NCBI GenBank assembly: GCA_913041175.1
Contig: CAJWGW010000001.1
Location: 1-49,914 of the forward strand
DNA from: an uncultured bacterium
Lineage (GTDB): Bacteria > Patescibacteriota > Minisyncoccia > Phycocordibacterales > UBA2163
Length of the DNA stretch: 49,914 nt
Direction of reading: 5' to 3'
Positions 9,555-17,859 of this stretch are shown here, in pieces. Numbering within the stretch: the first letter of the stretch is position 1; each line of letters opens with the position of its first letter. Both the position numbers and the translations under genes were made by a program. Under the pieces are notes generated by a model. It was given only the letters and a program-made list of their open reading frames with translations, made no database searches and was not told where the DNA came from.

Positions 9555-10481
9555 ATGTCGCAAAATATCGAGAAGTTAAAAAGAGAGTTCTTAGAATACC
9601 TTGAAATCGAGAAAGGGAGGAGTTTAAAAACTGTTGAGAATTACGACAGATACCTCTCTCGCTTCATTGACTCCACTGGTGTAAAAAAACCTTCCGGCAT
9701 CACCGACGAAGTAGTCCGCAAGTTTCGTCTGTGGCTCAACCGCCAAGAAAGCGGTGTAGCAACAGATGGTGTACAAAACACTCTCAAAAAGAAAACTCAA
9801 AATTATTATTTGATAGCGCTCCGCGCATTCTTGAAGTTCTTACGTAAGCGTGAGATTGACTCCCTCTCTCCCGAGCGTATAGAACTTGCAAAAGTTGGAG
9901 AACGTGGGCTTGACCTTATCTCCTCTGGCGACCTTGAACGACTACTCTTGGCGCCAGATGGGACTGATGTGAAAAGCTTACGCGACAAAGCAATCCTTGA
10001 GCTACTTTTCTCCACTGGTCTTCGTGTATCAGAGCTTTGTTCACTCAACAACGACCTTGATATCTCAAGAGACGAGTTTTCTGTCCGTGGAAAAGGAGAG
10101 AAAATCCGAGTCGTGTTCCTCTCCCAAGGTGCGCGGGAAGCATTGAGGAATTATTTAGACAAAAGACAAGATATGGACGAGGCGATGTTCGTGCAGTTCG
10201 GCAAAAACGCATCTCGAGCAGACTCTCTTCGTCTTACCTCTCGTTCTATTGAGAGAATTGTAAAATTCTACGCAATCAAAGCTGGAATTTCTAAAAAAGT
10301 TACCCCACACGTTGTTCGTCACAGTTTTGCGACAGACCTACTCCAAAACGGCGCGGACTTGCGCTCTGTACAAGCACTTCTCGGGCACGCAAACATCGCC
10401 ACAACGCAAATCTACACACACGTCACAGACAAACACCTCCGCGAAATTCATAAAACATTTCATAATAAAAAAAGAAAATGA
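9555..10481 (+). CDS. xerC: tyrosine recombinase, XerC/XerD family
   Basis: N-terminal SAM-like domain. Catalytic-domain motifs GLRVSELCSL and HVVRHSFATDLLQNGADLRSVQALLGHANIATTQIYTHV. XerC versus XerD cannot be decided. Confidence 0.88.
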   Translation: MSQNIEKLKREFLEYLEIEKGRSLKTVENYDRYLSRFIDSTGVKKPSGITDEVVRKFRLWLNRQESGVATDGVQNTLKKKTQNYYLIALRAFLKFLRKREIDSLSPERIELAKVGERGLDLISSGDLERLLLAPDGTDVKSLRDKAILELLFSTGLRVSELCSLNNDLDISRDEFSVRGKGEKIRVVFLSQGAREALRNYLDKRQDMDEAMFVQFGKNASRADSLRLTSRSIERIVKFYAIKAGISKKVTPHVVRHSFATDLLQNGADLRSVQALLGHANIATTQIYTHVTDKHLREIHKTFHNKKRK

Positions 10482-11245
10482 AAATACTCTCTTGGAATGT
10501 AAACGGCCTGCGGGCCGTCCATAAAAAAGATTCTTGGGACGATTTTCTTATGCAAAATCCTGATATTTTCTGCCTTCAGGAGACAAAAGCCCACCCCGAG
10601 CAACTTCCCGAAGAACTACGTGAAATAGAAGGTTATTTTTCATTCTTCGCTTCATCAGAAATCAAAAAAGGATACAGTGGAGTAGCTATATACACCAAGA
10701 TTGAGCCAGAAAAAGTAAAGTACGGTATGGGGATCAAGAAATTTGACGAAGAAGGACGACTTTTGGCTTTATATTTCAAAAACTTTGTACTACTAAGTGT
10801 GTACTTCCCTAACGGTGGACAAGGACCGGAACGACTGCAGTACAAACTTGATTTTTATGATGCATTTTTAAACTATATTGAAAAGATAAAAAAAGAAGGA
10901 CATAAAGTTATTTTCTGCGGAGACATAAACACCGCACATGAAGAAATAGACCTCGCGCGCCCAAAAGAAAATGAAGAAAGCACCGGCTTTCTTCCAGAGG
11001 AGCGCGCGTGGATAGACGAAGTAGTGCGTCACGGTTACATAGACACATTTAGACATCTAAATCCTAACAAAAAAGATTCATATAGTTACTGGGATATGAA
11101 AACAAGAGCGCGCGACCGCAACGTAGGTTGGCGGTTGGACTACTTTTTCATAAGCTCAAATCTACAAACGAGCCTCCAAAAAGCGTTTATTTTAACTGAT
11201 ATATTTGGTTCTGACCATGCACCAGTAGGTATTGAATTATCTTAA
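10478..11245 (+). CDS. xth: exodeoxyribonuclease III
   Basis: MKILSWNVNGLRA, FCLQETK, GDINTAH, WRLDYF, SDHAPV. The ATGA junction overlaps the xer stop. Confidence 0.93.
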   Translation: MKILSWNVNGLRAVHKKDSWDDFLMQNPDIFCLQETKAHPEQLPEELREIEGYFSFFASSEIKKGYSGVAIYTKIEPEKVKYGMGIKKFDEEGRLLALYFKNFVLLSVYFPNGGQGPERLQYKLDFYDAFLNYIEKIKKEGHKVIFCGDINTAHEEIDLARPKENEESTGFLPEERAWIDEVVRHGYIDTFRHLNPNKKDSYSYWDMKTRARDRNVGWRLDYFFISSNLQTSLQKAFILTDIFGSDHAPVGIELS

Positions 11246-11552
11246 AGGACACCTCTTTAGTTATCCACATGAGTGTCCTTTACATGTCCTTTAGAGGAGT
11301 TATACTAGGAAGTGGACCCTCAGTTCCTTCAACAATTTGGTAGCTTGTTGGATTTTATGATGTGGCTGTTTGTATTTTTATTTGCAACTTTTTTTAACTA
11401 TTTTTGTAAAAGAGATATTTAATACACCCGCAATGTATATAGGAATCAATGGGCTCATTTTTTACGGCTCTTCTCGTCCCCCTCGGTCCCCCTAAAATCG
11501 TCATTGCGATCTTTTTCTCCACTCTAACAATCGCCATGGCGATTTTTTTATT

Positions 11553-13028
11553 CTATTTTACGTAATGTTTCCCTCTTACTTTTTCAATTTCTTTGCCTTC
11601 CGTCTCATTTTTCTTTAATTTCCCCTTTTCTCCGAGTTTTTTAAGTTCATTTTCGCTCAATTTTATAAATTCTTTAGCTTTTTCTTCCAAATACTTCGCC
11701 GTATTTAATTTAGGGTCATCTAAAACCTCTTCCAAAAGAGCATGCAATATAAAACCTATTTTAGGCCCAGGTGTTTCACGAGTAACATCCATAATCTTTT
11801 TACCATCAATCTTGAGCATCGTTACAGATATAGGAGACCTCAAAGCCTCCTCAACCATTGATTTGTATTTGCGTAAGCGATATGGGTGTGCTTTTGGCCT
11901 TCCTGTTCCAATCCTATCACTAACACGTAGATTCATAAGGTCCCAAATGTTCTCTTCCCCCACATTCCTCACCATCCTACGTACTGCAGAGAGTGTTATC
12001 AAGTCAGTATCAGAGAAAAACAAGTGCCAACGAACTAGTTTTGTTATTTTATCTATTTGTTTGTTTGGAAACTTCAAGTTGGTCAAGATTTTACGAGTCA
12101 TTCTACCCCCAACTACATCATGCCCGTGAAACGTCCAGTCTTTCTTTTCGGGAGACCACTTGGCTGTCGCTGGTTTGCCAATATCGTGAAGCAAAGCCGC
12201 TAGTCGTATCTCAAGAGACCACTTATTTTTAGCTGAATGCTGGATTGAACGTAAAAGATGCTCCCAAACCGTATAAGAATGGGCTTGATTCTGTTTCACG
12301 TCGAACCCTTCTTCAAGTTCTGGTATAATAAACTGTAAAACCCCCAATTCATGGGCTAATTCAAGGCCTTCCATAGGTCTATCTGACATAATAATCCTTA
12401 TAAACTCGTCTCTAATTCGCTCTTTTGCTATTTTCTCAAGCATTTTAGCGTCGTTTTTAATAGCTTTTTTGGTTTTTTCCTCTATTTTGAAGTCTAATTC
12501 CGCTGAAATCCTTATAGCACGTAGTACTCTCAAGGCATCTTCACTAAATCTCACATCTGGGTCCCCAACTGCACGTATAATCCCCTTTTCTATATCTTCT
12601 TGTCCTTTATAAGTATCAACAATATGTCCTTTAGAGATACTATAAGCAATAGCATTAATTGAAAAATCCCTCCTGTGTAAATCATGCTCCAAGGAATCGC
12701 TAAACTCCACAGAATCCGGCCTTCTAGCGTCTGAATATTCTGATTCAAGCCTGAAAGGCGTAACTTCAACAACTTTAAGTGTTTCGTCCTGTGTATCCTC
12801 ATTTACAACACCTACTGTTCCATAATCATTATTATAAAATGTGTTCTCAAACAGCTTTTCTATCTCCTCTGGTTTTGCATTTGTCGTTACATCCCAGTCC
12901 TTAGGTACTTTATTTATTATTAGATCTCTTACACAACCGCCGACAATATACGCCTCAAAACCAGCGTTTTCTAGCGCTTCTGTTACTTGTGAAACCTCTT
13001 TTGGGATGTTGAACTTAGACTCTTTCAT
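11553..13028 (-). CDS. cca: CCA-adding enzyme / poly(A) polymerase family nucleotidyltransferase with HD domain
   Basis: GGCVRDLIINKVPKDWDVTT head domain, RRDFSINA, and HD-domain LHDIGKP...HGHDVVG. Confidence 0.85.
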   Translation of the reverse strand: MKESKFNIPKEVSQVTEALENAGFEAYIVGGCVRDLIINKVPKDWDVTTNAKPEEIEKLFENTFYNNDYGTVGVVNEDTQDETLKVVEVTPFRLESEYSDARRPDSVEFSDSLEHDLHRRDFSINAIAYSISKGHIVDTYKGQEDIEKGIIRAVGDPDVRFSEDALRVLRAIRISAELDFKIEEKTKKAIKNDAKMLEKIAKERIRDEFIRIIMSDRPMEGLELAHELGVLQFIIPELEEGFDVKQNQAHSYTVWEHLLRSIQHSAKNKWSLEIRLAALLHDIGKPATAKWSPEKKDWTFHGHDVVGGRMTRKILTNLKFPNKQIDKITKLVRWHLFFSDTDLITLSAVRRMVRNVGEENIWDLMNLRVSDRIGTGRPKAHPYRLRKYKSMVEEALRSPISVTMLKIDGKKIMDVTRETPGPKIGFILHALLEEVLDDPKLNTAKYLEEKAKEFIKLSENELKKLGEKGKLKKNETEGKEIEKVRGKHYVK

Positions 13029-13096
13029 TGTTTATATTTATTCTACTGTATGTTTTGTATTTATGCCAATAAAACTGTATAATATGTTTTGTAAAT

Positions 13097-13168
13097 GCGC
13101 CCGTGGTGAAATGGATATCATGACTGACTTCGGATCAGTTGTTCTGGGTTCGAATCCTGGCGGGCGCG
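13097..13168 (+). tRNA. tRNA-Arg(UCG)
   Basis: 72-nt cloverleaf read by hand. Acceptor GCGCCCG/CGGGCGC, anticodon arm ACTGA-CTTCGGA-TCAGT, T-loop TTCGAAT. No encoded CCA. Confidence 0.85.
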
Positions 13169-13209
13169 TAGCGGAGCGCCCGCTAGGATTCGAGTAAGTG
13201 GGCGTGTAT

Positions 13210-13280
13210 GCGGGTATAGTTTAGTGGTAGAACACGTCCTTGCCAAGGATGAAACGAGAGTTCGATTCTCTCTATCCGCA
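13210..13280 (+). tRNA. tRNA-Gly(GCC)
   Basis: 71-nt cloverleaf. Acceptor GCGGGTA/TATCCGC, anticodon arm CGTCC-TTGCCAA-GGATG, T-arm GAGAG-TTCGATT-CTCTC. Followed by a hairpin plus T-run at about 13293-13320. Confidence 0.9.
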
Positions 13281-13436
13281 CAAAATACAAAAACACTAGG
13301 TTTCTTCTGGTGTTTTTGTGTTTATGTGTGAAATATTGACGAGAATTGAAAGGCGGAAGCCCGCGTCTGGGAGACGATTAAGGGCTGAGCTGGGGTCGAG
13401 AACACTTATGAGCGTAGTGAATTAGTGATTCGTGAC

Positions 13437-13456
13437 CGATTCTCTCTATCCGCACA
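13437..13456 (+). repeat. orphan copy of the 3' end of tRNA-Gly(GCC), an att-like direct repeat
   Basis: CGATTCTCTCTATCCGCACA is identical to 13263-13282. No 5' part of a tRNA precedes it. Confidence 0.9.
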
Positions 13457-13745
13457 CTTCGACCTTGTTCAGTACAAGCATGTTGTTAATAACTTTTACG
13501 AATTTATTTTTAATTTCCATTTAAAACTATAGAAACTAAGGATATTTTCATATAAAACTGGGGATAAACCTGTGAATATGTGCATAAAAGACATTTTTTA
13601 TAACCAATTAATCAAAGTGTCCTTTTCAAAAATATGGCTTACACTGGTGAATTTAGCCCAAATAGCCCAGCGATTGGGTGGAATACTTACTAAGTATTAA
13701 GATTTCACGTGAAACATCTACTTAATTGTTTCACAAGTAACATTT

Positions 13746-14147
13746 ATGACCAAATCTAAAACAGCTAAGCAAAAAGTGGGAGAAATTGGTGAAAATGTAG
13801 CTTGTAGGTTTCTTGTGAAACAGGGATTTGAGATAATTGAGAGAAATTATTGGAAAAAATGGGGTGAAATTGATGTTATAGCCAAAAAAGAGGGTATCTT
13901 GCACTTCATAGAAGTTAAAACTGTTTCTTGTGAAAACTTAGATAGTGTTACTCGTGAAATAGATGCATATAAACCAGAGGACAATGTGCATCCTTGGAAA
14001 TTAAAGCGTTTATCTAGAACTATTCAGACATATTTACTTGAAAAAGAGAACGATGATACAGATTGGCAGTTTGATGTACTTGCGATTTATCTTGATATGG
14101 CAAATAGAAAAGCAAAGGTAAGTTTTTTAGAAGATATAGTTATATAA
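13746..14147 (+). CDS. yraN: YraN family (UPF0102) endonuclease-like protein
   Basis: GEIGENVACRFLVKQGFEIIERNYWKKWGEIDVIAKKEGILHFIEVKT matches the YraN signature. Confidence 0.85.
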   Translation: MTKSKTAKQKVGEIGENVACRFLVKQGFEIIERNYWKKWGEIDVIAKKEGILHFIEVKTVSCENLDSVTREIDAYKPEDNVHPWKLKRLSRTIQTYLLEKENDDTDWQFDVLAIYLDMANRKAKVSFLEDIVI

Positions 14148-14150
14148 AAT

Positions 14151-14221
14151 TCGGGGAGCCGAGAATCGAACTCGGGCCGCTCGGTCCCAAACCGAGTACA
14201 CTACCACTATGCTACACCCCG
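14151..14221 (-). tRNA. tRNA-Pro(UGG)
   Basis: Minus-strand cloverleaf CGGGGTG..CTCGG-TTTGGGA-CCGAG..CCGAG-TTCGATT-CTCGG-CTCCCCG-A, with one T:T mismatch in the acceptor stem. Confidence 0.85.
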
Positions 14222-14236
14222 ATTGACTTACTATAC

Positions 14237-14270
14237 AATAAAAACCCCCGAAACCAAAGGTTTTGGGGGT
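14237..14270 (-). terminator. rho-independent terminator for the 14343-14852 gene
   Basis: 12-bp stem ACCCCCGAAACC/GGTTTTGGGGGT. On the minus strand it is followed by TTTTT. Confidence 0.75.
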
Positions 14271-14342
14271 ATACCAACTACATAGCTTAGCCACAAGCCT
14301 TTAAATTAATTAGTTTTTACTTTTACTGCATCTGAATTAGGA

Positions 14343-14852
14343 CTAGGAAGTCAGAAATGCTGCTTTTTTTACATCTTCTGTTTTCCCGACCGAATCTTCT
14401 TTTACTAATGTAATATTCTCAATCACCGTACTGAATAAAGCTTTTAAATCTTTGTTTGTACTAATATCTAATGCGGTAATCCTCTCCACATTCCTGATAC
14501 TTTCCAAATCCTTCAGGTTTTGAACAACAGATTTTTTGCCATATTCCGGATGGGCAATACCTATAAACATACCGTCTTCGATTGCTGTTATTAGAAGCTT
14601 AGGTATCTCTGACATTTGCCGGAGGAGATCTCTACCATCTATAGCACTTCTACCTTCTATAGCAGGCCATGCTCCGTCCTTTACAAATAGAGCATCAAAC
14701 ACGGTCGCGTTTGAGATGCTCTCCAGGCCGTCTTTTGTATTACTCTCGTGAGTAATATCAAACCTACCGGCATTGGAAGTGTCTAATACTTGCTTTTCAT
14801 TGTCGGAAAACCCGACAGTTAAAATCTTTTTTTTATCTGTTTGTGAAGTCAT
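14343..14852 (-). CDS. hypothetical protein, possibly a degenerate receiver-like fold
   Basis: 169-aa ORF. KKILTVGFSDNE...FDALFV resembles the beta1/beta3 pattern of CheY-like domains, but no clean phospho-acceptor motif set is visible. Bracketed by imperfect inverted repeats. Confidence 0.5.
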   Translation of the reverse strand: MTSQTDKKKILTVGFSDNEKQVLDTSNAGRFDITHESNTKDGLESISNATVFDALFVKDGAWPAIEGRSAIDGRDLLRQMSEIPKLLITAIEDGMFIGIAHPEYGKKSVVQNLKDLESIRNVERITALDISTNKDLKALFSTVIENITLVKEDSVGKTEDVKKAAFLTS

Positions 14853-15022
14853 TCAAAACCCCTTTCATTGTAAAAAAGTTAAATGTGGCTGTGGCTAGCC
14901 GTATGTAGCTAAAAAGAACAACAAGGCCATATCATAACAAACCTGAAATATCCTGTCAAGCTTTTAAGCGCTATTCTTTATATTTAGTTGCAATAAAAGG
15001 CAATATAATATAGAATGTGTCA

Positions 15023-16081
15023 ATGACTAAATTTATAGAAAGTATCAATTTTGGTGCCGAATACTTCGGTAATTCCGTGCTTGATTACTTAAAGGCTGTG
15101 GTGGTCTTTATTGCTCTTTTTGCCACTTTCAAGCTCGTCCAATACATCATTTTAAGACGGCTTGGGAAGCTCGCAGAAAAGACCAAGACCGACATTGACG
15201 ACACATTTATCTCAATCGTAAGAAGTTTGAAACCAGCGTTTTACTGGTTTGTTGCTTTTTACTTTGCAATAAAGTTTTTGGACTTTAGTGCACTCACAGT
15301 GAAACTCATAAATGGTATTCTTGTCGTGTGGGTAGTGTATCAAGTTATAGTAGCGATTCAGATTCTGATTAATTATATACTTAGCAAAAGATTTGCTAAA
15401 GAAGATGATGCAAGCGCAAAGGCAGCTATCGGCTATGTGAACATGATTGCGAAGTTCTTACTTTGGATAATTGGTCTTCTTTTAATATTCTCAAATTTAG
15501 GTATTGATGTTACTTCACTCATAGCAGGTCTTGGTATTGGTGGTATTGCAGTTGCTTTTGCACTACAAAACATTCTCTCTGATTTGTTTAGTTCGTTTGC
15601 AATCTATTTTGACAAACCGTTTTCAGTAGGGGACTTTATAATCGCCGGTGAGCATATGGGAACAGTTGAGAAAATCGGCATCAAGACAACTCGTATAAGA
15701 GCACTTCAAGGAGAAGAAATCATAATCTCAAACAACGAGCTCACCGGCGCACGCATCCAGAACTTCAAGAAGATGAAAAAAAGGAGAATCGTTTCTTCTT
15801 TTGGAATCCTTTACGAAACTCCAGTTGAGAAAGTTAAAAAAGTAAAAGAAATTGTAAAAAATATTTTCAAAACACTTGAAAACGCAGAATTAAGTAGAAT
15901 TCATTTCAAAGAGCTTGGCGACTTCTCACTCAACTTTGAAATTGTCTATAGTATAACAACAGGGGACTACAACGCATACATGGACACTCGCGAGAAGTTC
16001 AATCTCTCACTTATGGAAGCATTTGAAAAAGAAAAGATTGAATTTGCTTACCCTACTCAGAAACTTTTCGTAGCGAAGTAA
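15023..16081 (+). CDS. mscS: small-conductance mechanosensitive channel (MscS family)
   Basis: Several N-terminal TM helices followed by GDFIIAGEHMGTVEKIGIKTTRIRALQGEEIIISNNEL, the MscS beta-domain signature. A GTG at 15017 is also possible. Confidence 0.88.
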   Translation: MTKFIESINFGAEYFGNSVLDYLKAVVVFIALFATFKLVQYIILRRLGKLAEKTKTDIDDTFISIVRSLKPAFYWFVAFYFAIKFLDFSALTVKLINGILVVWVVYQVIVAIQILINYILSKRFAKEDDASAKAAIGYVNMIAKFLLWIIGLLLIFSNLGIDVTSLIAGLGIGGIAVAFALQNILSDLFSSFAIYFDKPFSVGDFIIAGEHMGTVEKIGIKTTRIRALQGEEIIISNNELTGARIQNFKKMKKRRIVSSFGILYETPVEKVKKVKEIVKNIFKTLENAELSRIHFKELGDFSLNFEIVYSITTGDYNAYMDTREKFNLSLMEAFEKEKIEFAYPTQKLFVAK

Positions 16082-16115
16082 GTTAAAAAACATTGTCGGA
16101 ATGTAGTAAGTTCTG

Positions 16116-16220
16116 CTCAAAGGGCTTCGTAGGCCGAGCGGGCATGGTTTGAGCGTAGCGAGAGAGCGAGGGCGAGACTGAGCGCGCGCCTACGCTGGAG
16201 GTGCGACGCGTGCCTTTGAG
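16116..16220. ncRNA. candidate GC-rich structured element between convergent genes, family unknown
   Basis: Nested long-range pairings: CTCAAAGG(G)C (16116-16125) with GCCTTTGAG (16212-16220), and CGTAGGC (16128-16134) with GCCTACG (16188-16194). By eye the composition is far more GC-rich than the flanks. Strand undetermined. Confidence 0.3.
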
Positions 16221-16280
16221 AAGAAGCTTGCGGAGTGGAGTTTATGTGTGTTTTCTGAAAAGTTGTATACCGAGTGCCCT

Positions 16281-17477
16281 TTATTTCTCCAACTCATCTA
16301 CCAGAAGTTGTGTCAGCTCTGGTGCGATGTTTTCGTTAAAAGCATTTGCTTCTGCGGTAATGTTACCAGAGAAAAGCGTCTGCAAATCAAACCCTATGTC
16401 TTTCATAAAACTTCTGTTTATATGTGAGATTGTAATAGCCCTAAGGTCGCGGTCTTCTGTGCTTTCTGCCACAGAGCTCGTAACGATAACCCCAAGCATC
16501 TTAAAGTCATCGCTTACCACAGCACCACCAGATGACCCTTGTTGAGCGACAACGCTCCCGCCGATTGAAAACGAATCAAGCGTACCACTTCCAAAAGTAA
16601 ACAGTTTCACAACATTTGTGACAGCAGAGCTTACATATAAATCTTTTTGTATTGATATACCACCCAGAAACCCTGCTGGGTATGCCGCAAGCAAAATCTC
16701 ATCATTCACTTCAATATTGCCACTATTGTACTCTGGAGGAATAAAAGAAAATGTCTCCGGAAGAGTCTTTTCAGGATTTACATGTTCAGTAATAAGAAGA
16801 AGTGCATAATCATTCTCACCTGTGCCTTTTGGAGATGACTTCGTTATCCCGTCTGCGTTTTCTTCAATCCACGATGGGGAGATAAAAATAGGAGTCGCTT
16901 TATATTTTGGTTTTGCGGGGCTTTCAGTGCGGATTGTGCATCCAACAAAGTCCTCTACAAGATAATCTTTCAATAAAAAGTACTGCGCTACATGTGCATT
17001 TGTAAGAATAACTCCTCGTTCGTCTATTATGATCCCACTTCCAGTAATCGGCTTGAAAGATCCTCCACTTTTTGTTGTACAAAAAATATTTACAAGTGCC
17101 CCTCTTGTGATTGTGTTAATTTCAGAAAGTGAAATTTTCGGTTCTTCTTCAATAACAACTGGTGGTTCAACAATAACCTCATCTTCAGTTTCTACAACCA
17201 TTTCTCCCGCTTGTGCAGGTGGATCTACTGGCGCAGGTGGAAGTTTTTCTTCTCCGTCAGCTGGCGGATCAGATTCTGGTGAAGTTTCTTGTGAATCAAA
17301 TATATTTTCTTCATCAAAAACAGTTATGTTAGATTCATCAAACACATGTATTGGTTCTTCCTCAAGTTCCACAACTTCCTGTCCTGGAATTGTTGATATT
17401 GCGAGAAAAGCAATGACGCCTATAAGTACTAGTAGAATAAATGCTCTCATGTTGGCATTATAGCACCTGATTGACAA
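16281..17477 (-). CDS. secreted trypsin-like (S1 family) serine protease
   Basis: Signal/TM N-terminus and an acidic Pro-rich linker. Catalytic triad contexts TNAHV, NDYALLLI and GSSGGAV. Confidence 0.8.
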   Translation of the reverse strand: MSIRCYNANMRAFILLVLIGVIAFLAISTIPGQEVVELEEEPIHVFDESNITVFDEENIFDSQETSPESDPPADGEEKLPPAPVDPPAQAGEMVVETEDEVIVEPPVVIEEEPKISLSEINTITRGALVNIFCTTKSGGSFKPITGSGIIIDERGVILTNAHVAQYFLLKDYLVEDFVGCTIRTESPAKPKYKATPIFISPSWIEENADGITKSSPKGTGENDYALLLITEHVNPEKTLPETFSFIPPEYNSGNIEVNDEILLAAYPAGFLGGISIQKDLYVSSAVTNVVKLFTFGSGTLDSFSIGGSVVAQQGSSGGAVVSDDFKMLGVIVTSSVAESTEDRDLRAITISHINRSFMKDIGFDLQTLFSGNITAEANAFNENIAPELTQLLVDELEK

Positions 17478-17498
17478 AAATTGCCCTTCGTGTATACT
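17471..17498 (+). promoter_or_regulatory. candidate sigma70-type promoter for the small acidic ORF
   Basis: TTGACA (17471-17476), 16-nt spacer, TATACT (17493-17498). Confidence 0.45.
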
Positions 17499-17602
17499 AT
17501 AGGTAATAGAAGCTTGGGTTTAACCCGAGTTTTTGTTTGATTATAAGCAAGCTTAAATTAGCTCTTTGGGGCAAATCCAAGCTTTAAATAAAATAAAACA
17601 TC

Positions 17603-17734
17603 ATGGAAGAAAACATGAATGCAAATGTTGAAGGAGAAACTCCTGCAGAAGGAGCTCCTGAAGCTACTCCTGAAGCAGCCCCAGAGGCAGCTCCAGAAGC
17701 TCCAGCAGAAACTATTGACGAAGCATCTGCATAG
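17603..17734 (+). CDS. 43-aa acidic Pro-Glu-Ala repeat peptide (hypothetical)
   Basis: Not in the ORF track because it is shorter than 60 aa. Sequence MEENMNANVEGETPAEGAPEATPEAAPEAAPEAPAETIDEASA. It has a consensus promoter upstream and a strong terminator immediately downstream. No obvious SD. Confidence 0.4.
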   Translation: MEENMNANVEGETPAEGAPEATPEAAPEAAPEAPAETIDEASA

Positions 17735-17739
17735 TTAGT

Positions 17740-17777
17740 AACAAACCCCATCGCTTTGCGATGGGGTTTGTTTTTTG
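17740..17777 (+). terminator. rho-independent terminator
   Basis: AACAAACCCCATCGC-TTT-GCGATGGGGTTTGTT followed by TTTT. Confidence 0.85.
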
Positions 17778-17782
17778 TTCTG

Positions 17783-17838
17783 TGCGGGTAGGGGTAATCG
17801 AAACCCGTGAAAAGGTGTATAAACACCTTTTCACCTGC
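17783..17838 (-). pseudogene. tRNA-like 3' half: anticodon-stem 3' strand, long hairpin, T-arm and acceptor 3' strand
   Basis: Minus strand reads GCAGG-T-GAAAAGGTGT TTAT ACACCTTTTC-A-CGGGT-TTCGATT-ACCCC-TACCCGC-A. TACCCGC is the exact complement of the GCGGGTA at 17973-17979. Confidence 0.55.
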
Positions 17839-17859
17839 TTGCCTGCTCGATATGCTTTG

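Noticed and set aside
10478-10481. Alternative genetic code (UGA recoded, as in some CPR lineages)
   Set aside because: TGA terminates xer at the ATGA overlap with xth, and terminates polA at the ATGA overlap with holA. All conserved proteins read through cleanly with the standard code.
11261-11269. Second replication origin at the perfect DnaA box near xth
   Set aside because: It is a single isolated box inside a terminator hairpin, with no AT-rich unwinding element and no box cluster. The dnaA-dnaN spacer is the much better origin candidate.
12841-13197. Track ORF 12841-13197 (+)
   Set aside because: It is antisense to the 5' end of cca and then reads through tRNA-Arg(UCG), so it is not a gene.
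16201-16545. Track ORF 16201-16545 (+) as an explanation for the GC-rich patch
   Set aside because: It starts inside the structured GC-rich element and is otherwise antisense to the serine protease gene. Its Arg/Ser/Cys-rich translation looks non-coding.
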